Source of the DNA: Burkholderiaceae bacterium | Lineage (GTDB): Bacteria; Pseudomonadota; Gammaproteobacteria; Burkholderiales; Burkholderiaceae_E | Length of the DNA stretch: 64,000 nucleotides | Reading direction: 5' to 3' | Assembly: GCA_024637395.1 (NCBI GenBank) | Contig: JAGXFG010000009.1 | Location: 1,157-65,156 of the forward strand | Shown: piece by piece, positions 15,558 through 25,437 of the stretch | Numbering within the stretch: position 1 is the first letter of the stretch | Layout: the number at the start of each line of letters is the position of its first letter | Position numbers and translations under genes: made by a program | Notes under the pieces: model-generated | The model's input: only the letters and a program-made list of their open reading frames with translations | Told to the model about the DNA's origin: nothing | The model's database searches: none

Positions 15558-17312
15558 TCAGTGGCTGGGAATCAGTTCGCGCAGCCGCTCCACCACCCGG
15601 GCGGCGACTTCCTCGAGCGGCGCAGTGGTGTTGACCATGCCGCGGCGCTCGAGCACTTCGACCAGGCCTTCCTTGAGGCTGCGCTCGCCAACGGTGATCC
15701 GCAATGGCACGCCAATCAGCTCCCACTCGGCGAACATAACCCCGGGGCGCTCGTCGCGGTCGTCGAGCAGGACGTCGGCGCCGGCGGCGCTCAATTCGGC
15801 GTAGATCCGGTCGGCCGCGGAACGTACCGCCTCGGACTTGCGGTAGCCCAGCGGCACGACCACCACCTCGAAGGGTGCGATCGGCGCCGGCCAGATGATG
15901 CCGCGCTCGTCGTGGTTCTGTTCGATCGCCGCACCCAGCAAACGCGTGACCCCGATCCCGTAGCAGCCCATCTCGAGGAACTTGCTCTTGCCGTCGTCGT
16001 CGACGAAGGTCGCCCCCATCGCCTCGGAATACTTGGTGCCGAGATAGAACACGTGGCCGACCTCGATGCCGCGCTGGATGGCGAGCGTTCCCTTGCCGTC
16101 CGGCGACGGGTCGCCCGAGCGCACGTTGCGGATGTCGGCGACGATCGGTTCGGGGATGTCGCGGCCCCAGTTCGCGCCGGTGTAGTGGAAGTCGTCGGCG
16201 TTGGCGCCGCACACGAAATCGCTCATGTTCGCCACCGTCCGGTCGGCGACCACCGTGACCGGCCGCAGGGTGCCGATCGGCCCCAGATAGCCGGGCGGGC
16301 ACCCGAAGGTTTCGATGATTTCGGCTTCACTCGCAAATCGGAATCCTGCCAGTCCGGGAACCTTGCCGGCCTTGACTTCATTGAGGTCATGATCGCCGCG
16401 CACCAGCAGTAGCCAGATGTCGGTTCCGGCGATGGCTCCCTCTCCGTCCCCGCGATCGACTGCCAGTACCAGGGATTTCACGGTTCGTGCCAGCGGCAGA
16501 CCGAGGAGCTCGGCCACATCTTCGCACTTCGCGCGCCCCGGAGTGGGCGTCTTGGTCAGCTCTGCGCCCGCCGGCGCCCGGGCGGCGACGAGCGGCAGCG
16601 CCTCGGCAAGTTCCACGTTGGCGGCGAAATCCGAGTCCGGGCAATAGGCGAGCGCGTCCTCGCCGGTGTCGGCGATCACCTGGAACTCATGGCTGGCCGA
16701 ACCGCCAATGGCGCCGGTATCGGCGGCCACCGCGCGAAAATCCAGCGCCATGCGCTCGAAAGTGCGCTGGTAGGCTTCAAACATCGCCTGGTAGCTGATG
16801 AGCGCGCTGGCGTGATCCCGATCGAACGAGTAGGCGTCCTTCATCGTGAATTCGCGCCCCCGCATCACCCCGAACCGGGGGCGGCGTTCGTCGCGGAACT
16901 TGGTCTGGATGTGATAGAAATTCTTCGGCATCTGCCGGTAACTGCGAATCTCCTGACGGGCAATATCGGTAATCACCTCCTCCGAGGTCGGCTGGACGAT
17001 GAAGTCGCGGCCGTGACGGTCCTTGACCCGCAGCAGTTCCGGGCCGTATTTCTCCCAGCGCCCCGACTCCATCCACAACTCGGCTGGCTGGACCACCGGC
17101 ATCAGCAACTCGATCCCCCCGGCGCGGTTCATCTCCTCGCGAATGATGCCCTCGATCTTGCGGATCACCCGCAGCCCCATCGGCAGGTAGTTGTAGACCC
17201 CTCCGGCGATGCGCTTGATCATCCCGGCGCGGGTCATCAGCTGATGGCTGACGATTTCGGCGTCGCCGGGAGCTTCCTTGAGGGTGGAAATATGGAACCG
17301 GGATGCTTTCAT
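15558..17312 (-). CDS. proS: Proline--tRNA ligase
   Basis: [34 protein letters not shown].... 584 aa with the bacterial-type editing insertion. Confidence 0.96.
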   Translation of the reverse strand: MKASRFHISTLKEAPGDAEIVSHQLMTRAGMIKRIAGGVYNYLPMGLRVIRKIEGIIREEMNRAGGIELLMPVVQPAELWMESGRWEKYGPELLRVKDRHGRDFIVQPTSEEVITDIARQEIRSYRQMPKNFYHIQTKFRDERRPRFGVMRGREFTMKDAYSFDRDHASALISYQAMFEAYQRTFERMALDFRAVAADTGAIGGSASHEFQVIADTGEDALAYCPDSDFAANVELAEALPLVAARAPAGAELTKTPTPGRAKCEDVAELLGLPLARTVKSLVLAVDRGDGEGAIAGTDIWLLLVRGDHDLNEVKAGKVPGLAGFRFASEAEIIETFGCPPGYLGPIGTLRPVTVVADRTVANMSDFVCGANADDFHYTGANWGRDIPEPIVADIRNVRSGDPSPDGKGTLAIQRGIEVGHVFYLGTKYSEAMGATFVDDDGKSKFLEMGCYGIGVTRLLGAAIEQNHDERGIIWPAPIAPFEVVVVPLGYRKSEAVRSAADRIYAELSAAGADVLLDDRDERPGVMFAEWELIGVPLRITVGERSLKEGLVEVLERRGMVNTTAPLEEVAARVVERLRELIPSH

Positions 17313-17377
17313 GAGCTGGGTGCGCCTTGCGAGGGTCGTATAATCGAACGAATTCTAAAGTATCAAGGGGTTCGGCC

Positions 17378-17968
17378 ATGCTGGATCGTGACGGCTACCG
17401 ACCCAACGTTGGCATTATTCTGGTTAATGCAAGGAACGAGGTTTTCTGGGGCAAGCGGATAAGGGAGCATTCCTGGCAGTTTCCGCAGGGCGGAATCCAG
17501 CGCGGCGAGTCGCCAGAACAGGCGATGTTCCGCGAGTTGCAGGAGGAAGTCGGGCTGACCAGAGAGCAGGTGCGCATCCTCGGAAGGACGCGTGACTGGT
17601 TGCGCTACGATGTCCCCGAACACTGGGTGCGACGGGAATGGCGCGGCCATTACCGCGGACAGAAACAGATCTGGTTCCTGCTGCAACTGACGGGCCGCGA
17701 CAGCGAGGTTGACTTGCGCGCATCGGGGCACCCGGAGTTTGATGCCTGGCGTTGGAACAACTATTGGGTGCCGCTTGAGGCGGTGATCGAGTTCAAACGC
17801 GACGTCTATCGCAACGTGCTTCAGGAACTGTCGCGCTTTCTGCTCGGTCTCGGGGAAAGCGGCGCTATGTTGCGCCCGAACCGGCGCACCGCCAAGCGGC
17901 AGACGCGGAGCCAGGAAGCTGCTGCCGCGGCAGTGCCCACCGAGAATCTGCCGCCGGAGCATTCATGA
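17378..17968 (+). CDS. rppH: RNA pyrophosphohydrolase (Nudix)
   Basis: [17 protein letters not shown]...[28 protein letters not shown] (Nudix box). The start at 17378 is inside the longer track ORF. Confidence 0.93.
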   Translation: MLDRDGYRPNVGIILVNARNEVFWGKRIREHSWQFPQGGIQRGESPEQAMFRELQEEVGLTREQVRILGRTRDWLRYDVPEHWVRREWRGHYRGQKQIWFLLQLTGRDSEVDLRASGHPEFDAWRWNNYWVPLEAVIEFKRDVYRNVLQELSRFLLGLGESGAMLRPNRRTAKRQTRSQEAAAAAVPTENLPPEHS

Positions 17969-18495
17969 GTATTCACCACTATGGAACCGCGGGCAGCCTT
18001 GCCGCCCAGGCGATGCTCGGGGCCGCGCTGGCCGTCGCGGCAGCGGCACCGGTCAGCGCACAGCCGGTGGTGAGCGCTGCGCTGCCGCAGCCCATGCCGG
18101 CGCCGCCCAAAACGGCCGATCTGGTCGAATTCGATTTCAACACCACGGCGCGCCACCATTTCGCGATCGACCCCCGCAGCCTGCTCCTGCGCGGCAACGA
18201 GATCGCCCAGCTGACCATCGTGGTGACGAGCTCCGGTGGCGCGACCAACATTTCCTATGAGGCCTTCAACTGCCAGCAGGCAACCCATCGCCTGCTCGCC
18301 ATTGGCAGCGCCGACGGCAGCTGGCAGCCGGTCAAGGATTCCTCCTGGCTCACGGTGCAGACTTCCGACCAGGTGCTGCGCCAGCATTACGCGATCTTCA
18401 AGGCCGCCTGCACTGGCGGCTCGTTGAGCGGTGACCGCGACGTCATCTTGCGCCGCCTGGTCAACCCACCCAACGACCTCTACCAGTCGCGGTAA
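17965..18495 (+). CDS. Secreted CNP1-like family protein (function unknown)
   Basis: Signal peptide, then an FDF...IDP.SL...V...T.V..S..GA.N.SYE.F.C motif reminiscent of CNP1-like proteins. ATGA overlap with rppH. The family assignment is from memory. Confidence 0.6.
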   Translation: MSIHHYGTAGSLAAQAMLGAALAVAAAAPVSAQPVVSAALPQPMPAPPKTADLVEFDFNTTARHHFAIDPRSLLLRGNEIAQLTIVVTSSGGATNISYEAFNCQQATHRLLAIGSADGSWQPVKDSSWLTVQTSDQVLRQHYAIFKAACTGGSLSGDRDVILRRLVNPPNDLYQSR

Positions 18496-18547
18496 CGGCC
18501 GCTGCCGGGCGACGGCCAACTGCCGCCCGGCAGGCCCGGGGAGCGCG

Positions 18548-19498
18548 TTACACCTGGGTGATCAGCGGCTGGCCGGCGAAATACGCCGCGACGTTGTCGA
18601 GCACGATCTGGCCCATCGCCGTGCGGGTCGGCACCGTGGCACTCGCCTGGTGCGGCTGCAGCACCACATTCTCGAGCGCGATCAGTGCTGCCGGTACGCG
18701 CGGTTCATCGGCAAAGACATCCAGACCGGCACGCCCCACCGCTCCCGCGGCGAGCAACTCGACGAGCGCGGTCTCGTCGACCACCGAACCGCGGGCAATA
18801 TTGACGAAGACCCCTTGCGGGCCGAGCGCGGTGAGCACGGCGCGCGACACCAGCCCCTTGGTCGCAGGTCCGCCGGGACAAGCTGCGATCAGCACATCGG
18901 CCCAGGTGGCCAGCTCGACCGGATCGGCGAAATACTCGTAGCCGACATCGGCCTTCGGGAATGGGTCGCTATAGCCGAGCACGGTATTGAAGCCGAGGCA
19001 ACGGCGGGCGATCGCGCTGCCGATCCGCCCCAGCCCCAGGATACCCACGCGTTTTCCCTGCAGGCTGGAGGTCAGCGCCATCGAGCCCTTGAGCCAGTGG
19101 CCTTCGCGCACGAAGCGATCGCCAGAGGGAATGCGGCGAATGGTCGCGAGCAGCAGAGCCAGCGCCATGTCGGCGACATCCTCGGTCAGTACCTCGGGGG
19201 TGTTCGTCACGGCGATGCCGCGAGCCCGGGCCCACTCGACGTCAACCGCATCGACGCCGACCGCGAAGCACGACACCAGCTTCAGCTGGGGCAGGGCCTC
19301 CATCACCTCGTTCTCGACGCCGCGCCCGCCCGTGGTCGCGATCACCTCGCAACGCTCGGCGATACCGGCCAGCAGGGCCGGCTTGTCGGTCGCCTCCCAG
19401 TAGCGATGAACCTTATAGCGATCTTCGAGTTCGCGCTGCTTGGGCTCGAAAAACGGTCCCATCAACAAGACTTCCGGTTTCATATTGGTCTCTTCCAT
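18548..19498 (-). CDS. D-isomer-specific 2-hydroxyacid dehydrogenase (glyoxylate/hydroxypyruvate reductase-like)
   Basis: GILGLGRIGSAIARR (NAD-binding motif) and ...NIARGSVVDE...LDVF..EP. The start may be Met6 at 19483, where GGAAGAG lies upstream. Confidence 0.9.
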   Translation of the reverse strand: MEETNMKPEVLLMGPFFEPKQRELEDRYKVHRYWEATDKPALLAGIAERCEVIATTGGRGVENEVMEALPQLKLVSCFAVGVDAVDVEWARARGIAVTNTPEVLTEDVADMALALLLATIRRIPSGDRFVREGHWLKGSMALTSSLQGKRVGILGLGRIGSAIARRCLGFNTVLGYSDPFPKADVGYEYFADPVELATWADVLIAACPGGPATKGLVSRAVLTALGPQGVFVNIARGSVVDETALVELLAAGAVGRAGLDVFADEPRVPAALIALENVVLQPHQASATVPTRTAMGQIVLDNVAAYFAGQPLITQV

Positions 19499-19500
19499 CT

Positions 19501-20349
19501 TCAGCGGGTGAAGCGCACGACCGTCGCACGCTGCTCTCCCAGGCCGGCCACACCCAGCGTCATCACATCACCGGGCTTGAGATAGCTCGGTGGCTTCATC
19601 CCGGCACCGACCCCCGGAGGCGTACCGGTGGTAATGATGTCGCCCGGCATCAGCGTCACGTACTTGCTGATGTAGGAGACCAGCTTGGCGCAGCCAAAGA
19701 TCATCGTCCGGGTGTTGCCGCGCTGGCGCTTCTCGCCGTTGACGTCGAGCCAGAGATCGAGCCGCTGGGGATTCGCCACCTCGTCAGCGGTGAGCAGCCA
19801 TGGGCCAATCGGGCCGAAGGTGTCGCAGCCCTTGCCCTTGTCCCAGGTGCCGCTGCTGCGCAACTGAAAATGGCGCTCCGAGATGTCGTTGACCAGCACG
19901 TAGCCGGCCACGTAGCTCAACGCATCCTTGAGGCTGACATAGCGCGCCCGGGTGCCGATCACGATGCCCAGTTCCACTTCCCAGTCGGTTTCCTTCGAGC
20001 CCTGCGGCAGCATGACGTCGTCGTTGGGTCCCTGGATCGAACTGATCGCCTTCATGAACACTACCGGCTCGGCGGGAACGGGCGCATTGATTTCGGCGGC
20101 GTGGTCGGAGTAGTTGAGCCCCACCCCGATGAACTTCGAGGTGCCGGTTAACGGCGGGCCCAGGCGCGGATTGCCGCGCACCGCCGGCAGCTTGTCCGGG
20201 TTCAATTTGGCGATCCGCGCCAGCACCGCTGGCGCAAGTTGCGCCGGCCCAATGTCGGGCAACGCCTTCGAGAGGTCGCGCAGCTTACCGGCGTCGTCAA
20301 TCAGGCCCGGTTTTTCCTTGCCTGGTCTTCCGTAACGAACTAGTTTCAT
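19501..20349 (-). CDS. Fumarylacetoacetate hydrolase family protein
   Basis: MKLVRYG...KFIGVGLNYSDHAAE...VFMK...WEVELGIVIG...GDIITTGTPPGVG. The start at 20349 has GGGAGAA upstream. Confidence 0.92.
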   Translation of the reverse strand: MKLVRYGRPGKEKPGLIDDAGKLRDLSKALPDIGPAQLAPAVLARIAKLNPDKLPAVRGNPRLGPPLTGTSKFIGVGLNYSDHAAEINAPVPAEPVVFMKAISSIQGPNDDVMLPQGSKETDWEVELGIVIGTRARYVSLKDALSYVAGYVLVNDISERHFQLRSSGTWDKGKGCDTFGPIGPWLLTADEVANPQRLDLWLDVNGEKRQRGNTRTMIFGCAKLVSYISKYVTLMPGDIITTGTPPGVGAGMKPPSYLKPGDVMTLGVAGLGEQRATVVRFTR

Positions 20350-20380
20350 CAGTTTCTCCCTGGTGGAATTGAGGTTTGGT

Positions 20381-22189
20381 TCAGTTGTCGCCGCCGCCCG
20401 GACGCAAATCGAACTGTAGCGCGGCCAGCCGCGCGTAGAGCCCGCCGCGGCCGAGCAACTCGGCGTGGGTGCCAACATCGACGATCCGCCCGCGATCGAG
20501 CACTACGATCCGGTCGGCGCCCACCACCGTCGCAAGACGATGGGCGATTACTATGGTGGTGCGATTGCGCATCGCGCCGGCAAGCGCCTGCTGGACGGCG
20601 CGCTCGCTCTCGGCATCGAGCGCGCTGGTCGCTTCGTCGAGCAGCAACAGCGGCGCGTCCTTGAGCAGCGCGCGCGCGATTGCGATCCGCTGGCGCTGTC
20701 CGCCCGAGAGTCGCACGCCGCGCTCGCCGAGAAAACTCTGGTAGCCCTGCGGCAGTTCCGCGATGAATTCATGGGCCCGCGCGGCGCGCGCCGCCGCCAT
20801 CACTTCCTCGTCGCTGGCATCGAGCCGGCCGTAACGGATGTTCTCGATCGCATTGGCAGAAAATATCACGCTGTCCTGCGACACCACAGCGATCGAGCCC
20901 CGCAACGCGGCCAGGTCCATTTCCCGCAGGTCGACCCCTTCCAGCATGATCGCGCCCGAATCCGGGTCGTGAAAGCGCAGCAACAACTGAAACAGGGTCG
21001 ATTTGCCAGCCCCGGACGGCCCGACCAGCGCCACGGTCTCACCCGCGACAACCTTGAGATCGATCCGGTCGAGAGCCCGCTCCTGCGGGCGCGAGGGATA
21101 ACTGAAGGCGACTTCGGCCAGCTCGACGGTGGCGCCGCCCGGCGCCGGCCGGGGTTGGAGCGCATCCGGGCCGGAGACTATGCCTGGTTCGGCCTCGAGC
21201 AAGTCGAGCAGCCGCTCGGTAGCGCCGGCGGCACGCTGCACATCGCCCAGCACTTCGGCGATCGCCCCGGTCGATCCGGCGACCAGCGCCGCATAGAGGA
21301 TGAACTGGGTCAGCAAACCGGCGGTCATCCGCCCTTCCAGCACCATGTTGGCGCCAAGCCAGAGCACGAACACGATCGCTCCGAACACCAGTACGATCGC
21401 CAGCGCAGTCAGCCGCGCGCGCGCCAGCGTGCGCACCACCGCCGCCGAGAAGGCGGCATCGGTCGCCGCGGTGTAGCGCGACACCTCGAGCGGCTCGCGC
21501 ACATAGGCCTGCACAACCTGGACCGCGTTGAGGGTCTCGCCCGCCAGCGCGCCGGTGTCGGCGAGCCGATCCTGGCTGGCGCGCGACAGGCTCCGCACCT
21601 TGCGTCCAACGACCATGATCGGCAACACCACGAGCGCCAGCAGGCCGACGATGACCAGTGCCAGTTGCGGCGTGGTCACGATCATCATCGTGACACTGCC
21701 GATGAACAGCAGCAGGTTGCGCAACCCGAGCGAGATGCTGGTCCCGATCAGCGTCTGGATCAGCGTCGTGTCGGTGCTCAGCCTTGAGAGCACCTCGCCG
21801 GTGCGCAGCGTTTCGAAGAACGCCGAATCCTGGCACAGCACCTTGCGGTAGATGGCGTTGCGCAGGTCCGTGGTCACCCGCTCGCCGAGCCACGAAACGC
21901 AATAGAAACGCACCGCGCTGCTGATGGCGAGCACCACCGATACCCCGAACAGGGCCAGGAAGACGAGATTGACATGACCACTGTCGCCGCGAGTTGCGGT
22001 CCCGGCAAAACCGAGGTCGATCAGGTAGCGAAACGCCGCCGGGACCGCCAGCGTGGCGGCGGCGGCGACCAGCAACGCCACTGCGGCAAACACCATCCGC
22101 AGCCGATAGCGCATGAGAAACGGCACCAGGCTGCGCAGCACGGTCAAGGCGCCCCGCTGGGCGCTGGGCGCCAGTTTGGGATCGCTCAT
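20381..22189 (-). CDS. ABCB-type exporter (fused TMD-NBD, MsbA/Atm1-like)
   Basis: 602 aa with six TM helices, then GPSGAGKST, LSGGQRQRIAIARA and LLLLDEATSALD. ATGA overlap with the upstream GntR gene. Confidence 0.92.
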   Translation of the reverse strand: MSDPKLAPSAQRGALTVLRSLVPFLMRYRLRMVFAAVALLVAAAATLAVPAAFRYLIDLGFAGTATRGDSGHVNLVFLALFGVSVVLAISSAVRFYCVSWLGERVTTDLRNAIYRKVLCQDSAFFETLRTGEVLSRLSTDTTLIQTLIGTSISLGLRNLLLFIGSVTMMIVTTPQLALVIVGLLALVVLPIMVVGRKVRSLSRASQDRLADTGALAGETLNAVQVVQAYVREPLEVSRYTAATDAAFSAAVVRTLARARLTALAIVLVFGAIVFVLWLGANMVLEGRMTAGLLTQFILYAALVAGSTGAIAEVLGDVQRAAGATERLLDLLEAEPGIVSGPDALQPRPAPGGATVELAEVAFSYPSRPQERALDRIDLKVVAGETVALVGPSGAGKSTLFQLLLRFHDPDSGAIMLEGVDLREMDLAALRGSIAVVSQDSVIFSANAIENIRYGRLDASDEEVMAAARAARAHEFIAELPQGYQSFLGERGVRLSGGQRQRIAIARALLKDAPLLLLDEATSALDAESERAVQQALAGAMRNRTTIVIAHRLATVVGADRIVVLDRGRIVDVGTHAELLGRGGLYARLAALQFDLRPGGGDN

Positions 22190-22893
22190 TTTGCCGGTTT
22201 CAGACCGTCGAAATAGTCCTGATTGATCTTGGAGACGCTTTCGATGGCGTGCAGGATCGAGTTCAGGTGTTCGCTCATTGCCAAAGCGGCCCCGGGGCCA
22301 TCGCCGGCGCAGACCCGCTCGACGATTGCTCGGTGCTCGATAAGCCGCTTGCGCTGGCGCTCAGGATCGACGAGCGCGAGGCGGCGCAAGCGGTCGAGTT
22401 GCGCCTTGGCCTCGTGGATGATGGCCCAGGTGCGGGCATGACCGGCAATCTTCGCGAGCAACTCGTGCATGTTCTCGTCGGCACGAAAGAAACCCGCCGA
22501 GTCATTGGCCTCGCTCGCGGCGTTCTGGCGCAACAGAACCGCCACCAGCTGGGAGCGCTGGGCCGGCCGGATCCGCGCCGCCGCCAGTTCCACGATGCGG
22601 CACTCGAGGGTCTCGCGGATGAACTGGCTGTCGCGCACCGCATCGAGATCGATGCGGGCCACGAATGATCCGACCTTGGGAACGACCTCGAGCAACCCCT
22701 CTTCCTCGAGGCGCTTGAAGGCTTCGCGCACCGGAGTCCTGCTTACCCCGTAGTCCTGCGCAATCCGCACTTCGGAGAGCAATTCACCCGGCACCAGCGA
22801 CACTGAAACGATCCGCTCGCGCAGGTCGAAATAGATCTGCGGAGCCACCAAGCGGCCGCGCCGAACCGGATTGCGTCGCGCAACTGAGATCAT
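22186..22893 (-). CDS. GntR-family transcriptional regulator (FadR/FCD-type C-terminal domain)
   Basis: LLSEVRIAQDYGVSRTPVREAFKRLEEEGLLEVVPKVGSFV (winged HTH). The start MISVARR at 22893 is inside the longer track ORF. Confidence 0.9.
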   Translation of the reverse strand: MISVARRNPVRRGRLVAPQIYFDLRERIVSVSLVPGELLSEVRIAQDYGVSRTPVREAFKRLEEEGLLEVVPKVGSFVARIDLDAVRDSQFIRETLECRIVELAAARIRPAQRSQLVAVLLRQNAASEANDSAGFFRADENMHELLAKIAGHARTWAIIHEAKAQLDRLRRLALVDPERQRKRLIEHRAIVERVCAGDGPGAALAMSEHLNSILHAIESVSKINQDYFDGLKPAK

Positions 22894-22908
22894 GCATACT
22901 AGTATACA
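22893..22908. promoter_or_regulatory. Candidate GntR operator (imperfect 16-bp palindrome)
   Basis: TGCATACTAGTATACA is self-complementary at 14 of 16 positions. It contains GT-N-AC cores typical of GntR/FadR operators. It overlaps the gntR start codon and lies in the divergent region toward 22946. Confidence 0.45.
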
Positions 22909-22945
22909 AGAGGTGTGCGACTGATCACTTCGGCCGGAAAGCCCC

Positions 22946-24484
22946 ATGCCAAGCCAACCCGTTCCCCTGATCCGAGCCCAAGCGCTGCGCCTGCACAGCG
23001 CTGACGACGTGCTCATTGCCGTCCGGGCGCTTGCTGCCGGAACCCGCATTGCCGGCGAGGGTATCGCCTGCGTCGACGCGATCCCGGCCGGCCACAAGGT
23101 GGCCGCGCGGGACCTGCCCGGTGGCCATGCGGTGCGCCGCTACAACCAGATCATCGGCTTCGCGACCGAGAGCATTCCCGCCGGAGCACACGTTCACACC
23201 CACAACCTCGCTTTCGAGGCCTTCGAGCGCGACTACGCGATTGGCGCCGACGTCCGCCAGCAGCCGGTGCCGGCAGCGCTGGCCAGCTTCCAGGGCATCG
23301 TGCGCGCCGACGGGCGGATTGCGACGCGCAACTACATCGGGGTGATGGCCACCGTCAACTGCTCGGCATCAGTTTCCAGGTTCGTCGCACGCCATTTCAC
23401 CAGGGAAGTGCTCGCCCCCTGGCCCAATGTCGACGGCGTACTGGCAATCACCCATGGCAGCGGTTGCGGAATGGACACGGCGGGCGAAGGCATGGCGCTG
23501 ATACGCCGGACGATGGCTGGCTACGCGCGCCACCCCAACTTTGCCGGCATGGTGGTGATAGCGCTGGGCTGCGAGGCAAACCAGATAACCGACCTGTTCA
23601 GCACCCAAGGGCTCGCGGAATCGCCGCTGCTGCGCCCGCTGGTGATTCAGGCTGCCGGCGGCACCCGGCAGTGCGTCGCCGCGGGCATCGCCGCGGTGAA
23701 GGAAATGCTGGCCCCGGCCAATGCCGTCGAGCGCGTTGCGGTGCCGGCCAGCCACCTGACGGTGGCGCTGCAGTGCGGCGGCTCGGACGGCTACTCGGGG
23801 ATCACGGCCAACCCCTCTCTGGGCGCGGCCTGCGACCTGCTGGTGGCCCACGGCGGGACGGTGGTGCTCGCGGAAACCCCCGAAATCTACGGTGCCGAGC
23901 ATCTGCTGACGCGGCGCGCGGTCAGCCAGGAGGTCGCCGAAAAGCTGATCCGCAGGATCAAGTGGTGGGAAGACTACACCGCACGCAACCGGGGCAGCAT
24001 GGACAACAATCCGACTCCCGGCAACAAGGCCGGCGGACTGACCACCATCCTCGAAAAATCGCTCGGCGCGGTTGCCAAGGGCGGCACGACCAACCTGGTC
24101 GACGTCTACGAGTACGCGGAACCGATCGTTGCCAAGGGATTCGTGTTCATGGACTCCCCCGGCTACGATCCGGTGTCGATCACCGGTGAGGTGGCGGGCG
24201 GCGCCAATCTGGTCGCGTTCACCACCGGGCGCGGCTCGGTCTACGGCTGCAAGCCGGCGCCAAGCATCAAGATCGCAACCAACACTGCGCTCTACCAGCG
24301 GATGCGCGACGACATGGACGTCGACGCCGGCGGTATCCTCGATGGCAGCGCCACCGTGGCGCAAAAGGGCCAGGAGATCTTCGATCTCTGGTTGCGGGTC
24401 GCCTCCGGAGAGCAGAGCCGCAGCGAAGTACTGGGGATCGGCGACGAGGAATTCGTGCCCTGGCAGATTGGCGCGGTAATGTAG
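22946..24484 (+). CDS. UxaA-family sugar-acid dehydratase (altronate/galactarate dehydratase-like)
   Basis: N-terminal SAF domain (...IPAGHKVAARDLPGGHAVRRYNQIIGFATESIPAGAHVHTHN), then a large C-terminal dehydratase domain. 512 aa. Confidence 0.9.
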   Translation: MPSQPVPLIRAQALRLHSADDVLIAVRALAAGTRIAGEGIACVDAIPAGHKVAARDLPGGHAVRRYNQIIGFATESIPAGAHVHTHNLAFEAFERDYAIGADVRQQPVPAALASFQGIVRADGRIATRNYIGVMATVNCSASVSRFVARHFTREVLAPWPNVDGVLAITHGSGCGMDTAGEGMALIRRTMAGYARHPNFAGMVVIALGCEANQITDLFSTQGLAESPLLRPLVIQAAGGTRQCVAAGIAAVKEMLAPANAVERVAVPASHLTVALQCGGSDGYSGITANPSLGAACDLLVAHGGTVVLAETPEIYGAEHLLTRRAVSQEVAEKLIRRIKWWEDYTARNRGSMDNNPTPGNKAGGLTTILEKSLGAVAKGGTTNLVDVYEYAEPIVAKGFVFMDSPGYDPVSITGEVAGGANLVAFTTGRGSVYGCKPAPSIKIATNTALYQRMRDDMDVDAGGILDGSATVAQKGQEIFDLWLRVASGEQSRSEVLGIGDEEFVPWQIGAVM

Positions 24485-24489
24485 GGCCG

Positions 24490-25437
24490 ATGCGGGCGGG
24501 GGCTGGAATGACGGGTGAATCAGGAAGCGACGGCAAGGTGCTGGGACCCAACGCACGGGTGGCCGCGGCACTCAACGAGGCGGCGACGATCCTCGAGACC
24601 CAGGGCGCCAACCCGTTCCGGATCGCCGCCTATCGCCATGCCGCCGAGACCCTCGAGCACCTGCCGCGCAACATCGCGACCGCGTTCGCGCTGCACGGAC
24701 CGGAGGCGTTGACCGAACTCCCCGGCATCGGCACCGGGATCTCGAGCGCGATTGCCGAAATGCTGCTCACCGGCCGCTGGGCCCAGCTCGAGCGCCTGCG
24801 CGGCGACATCGATCCGGTGGCGGTATTCCGGGCCGTTCCGGGAATCGGCGCCGAACTCGCCGAACGCATCCACGCCACCCTGCACATCGACACTCTCGAG
24901 TCGCTCGAGAGCGCGCTCGAGAGCGGCGAACTGCGTGCCGTCGAGGGCATAGGACCGCGACTCGAAGAGGCGATCGGGGCCGAACTCGCCCCGCTGCTCG
25001 ACCGTCGGCGAGTGCGTCGTCCCGAGCAACCGCCGGCGGGGGCGACAGAACTGCCCAGCGTCGCGATGCTGCTCGACGTCGACCGCGAATATCGCGGCAA
25101 GGCCCGCCTCGGCCACCTCAAGACCGTCGCGCCCAAACGCAACAACCCTTCCGGAGAATCCTGGCTGCCGCTGCTTCAGACCAGCCGCGGCGCCTGGCAT
25201 TTCACCGCCCTGTTCTCGAACACCGCCCAGGCCCACCAGATCGGCCGCACCAGGGACTGGGTCGTGATCTACTTCTACGACGACCAGCACCTCGAACGCC
25301 AGTGCACGGTCGTCACCGAGACCCATGGTCCGATGCTGGCCCGGCGCGTGCTGCGCGGGCGCGAGACCGAATGCCGCCTCCATTACCAGGCTACCGACCC
25401 GTTCTTTGGCCACCAACCAGGACCCGAGCAAGCATGA
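24490..25437 (+). CDS. Helix-hairpin-helix protein resembling the N-terminal 8-kDa/fingers part of family X DNA polymerases; no palm DxD or PHP domain
   Basis: GANPFRIAAYRHAAETL, then the HhH motifs LTELPGIGTGISSAI, AVPGIGAELAERI and VEGIGPRLEEAI. The C-terminal about 120 aa are unrelated to a polymerase palm. The start could be 24508. Confidence 0.75.
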   Translation: MRAGAGMTGESGSDGKVLGPNARVAAALNEAATILETQGANPFRIAAYRHAAETLEHLPRNIATAFALHGPEALTELPGIGTGISSAIAEMLLTGRWAQLERLRGDIDPVAVFRAVPGIGAELAERIHATLHIDTLESLESALESGELRAVEGIGPRLEEAIGAELAPLLDRRRVRRPEQPPAGATELPSVAMLLDVDREYRGKARLGHLKTVAPKRNNPSGESWLPLLQTSRGAWHFTALFSNTAQAHQIGRTRDWVVIYFYDDQHLERQCTVVTETHGPMLARRVLRGRETECRLHYQATDPFFGHQPGPEQA

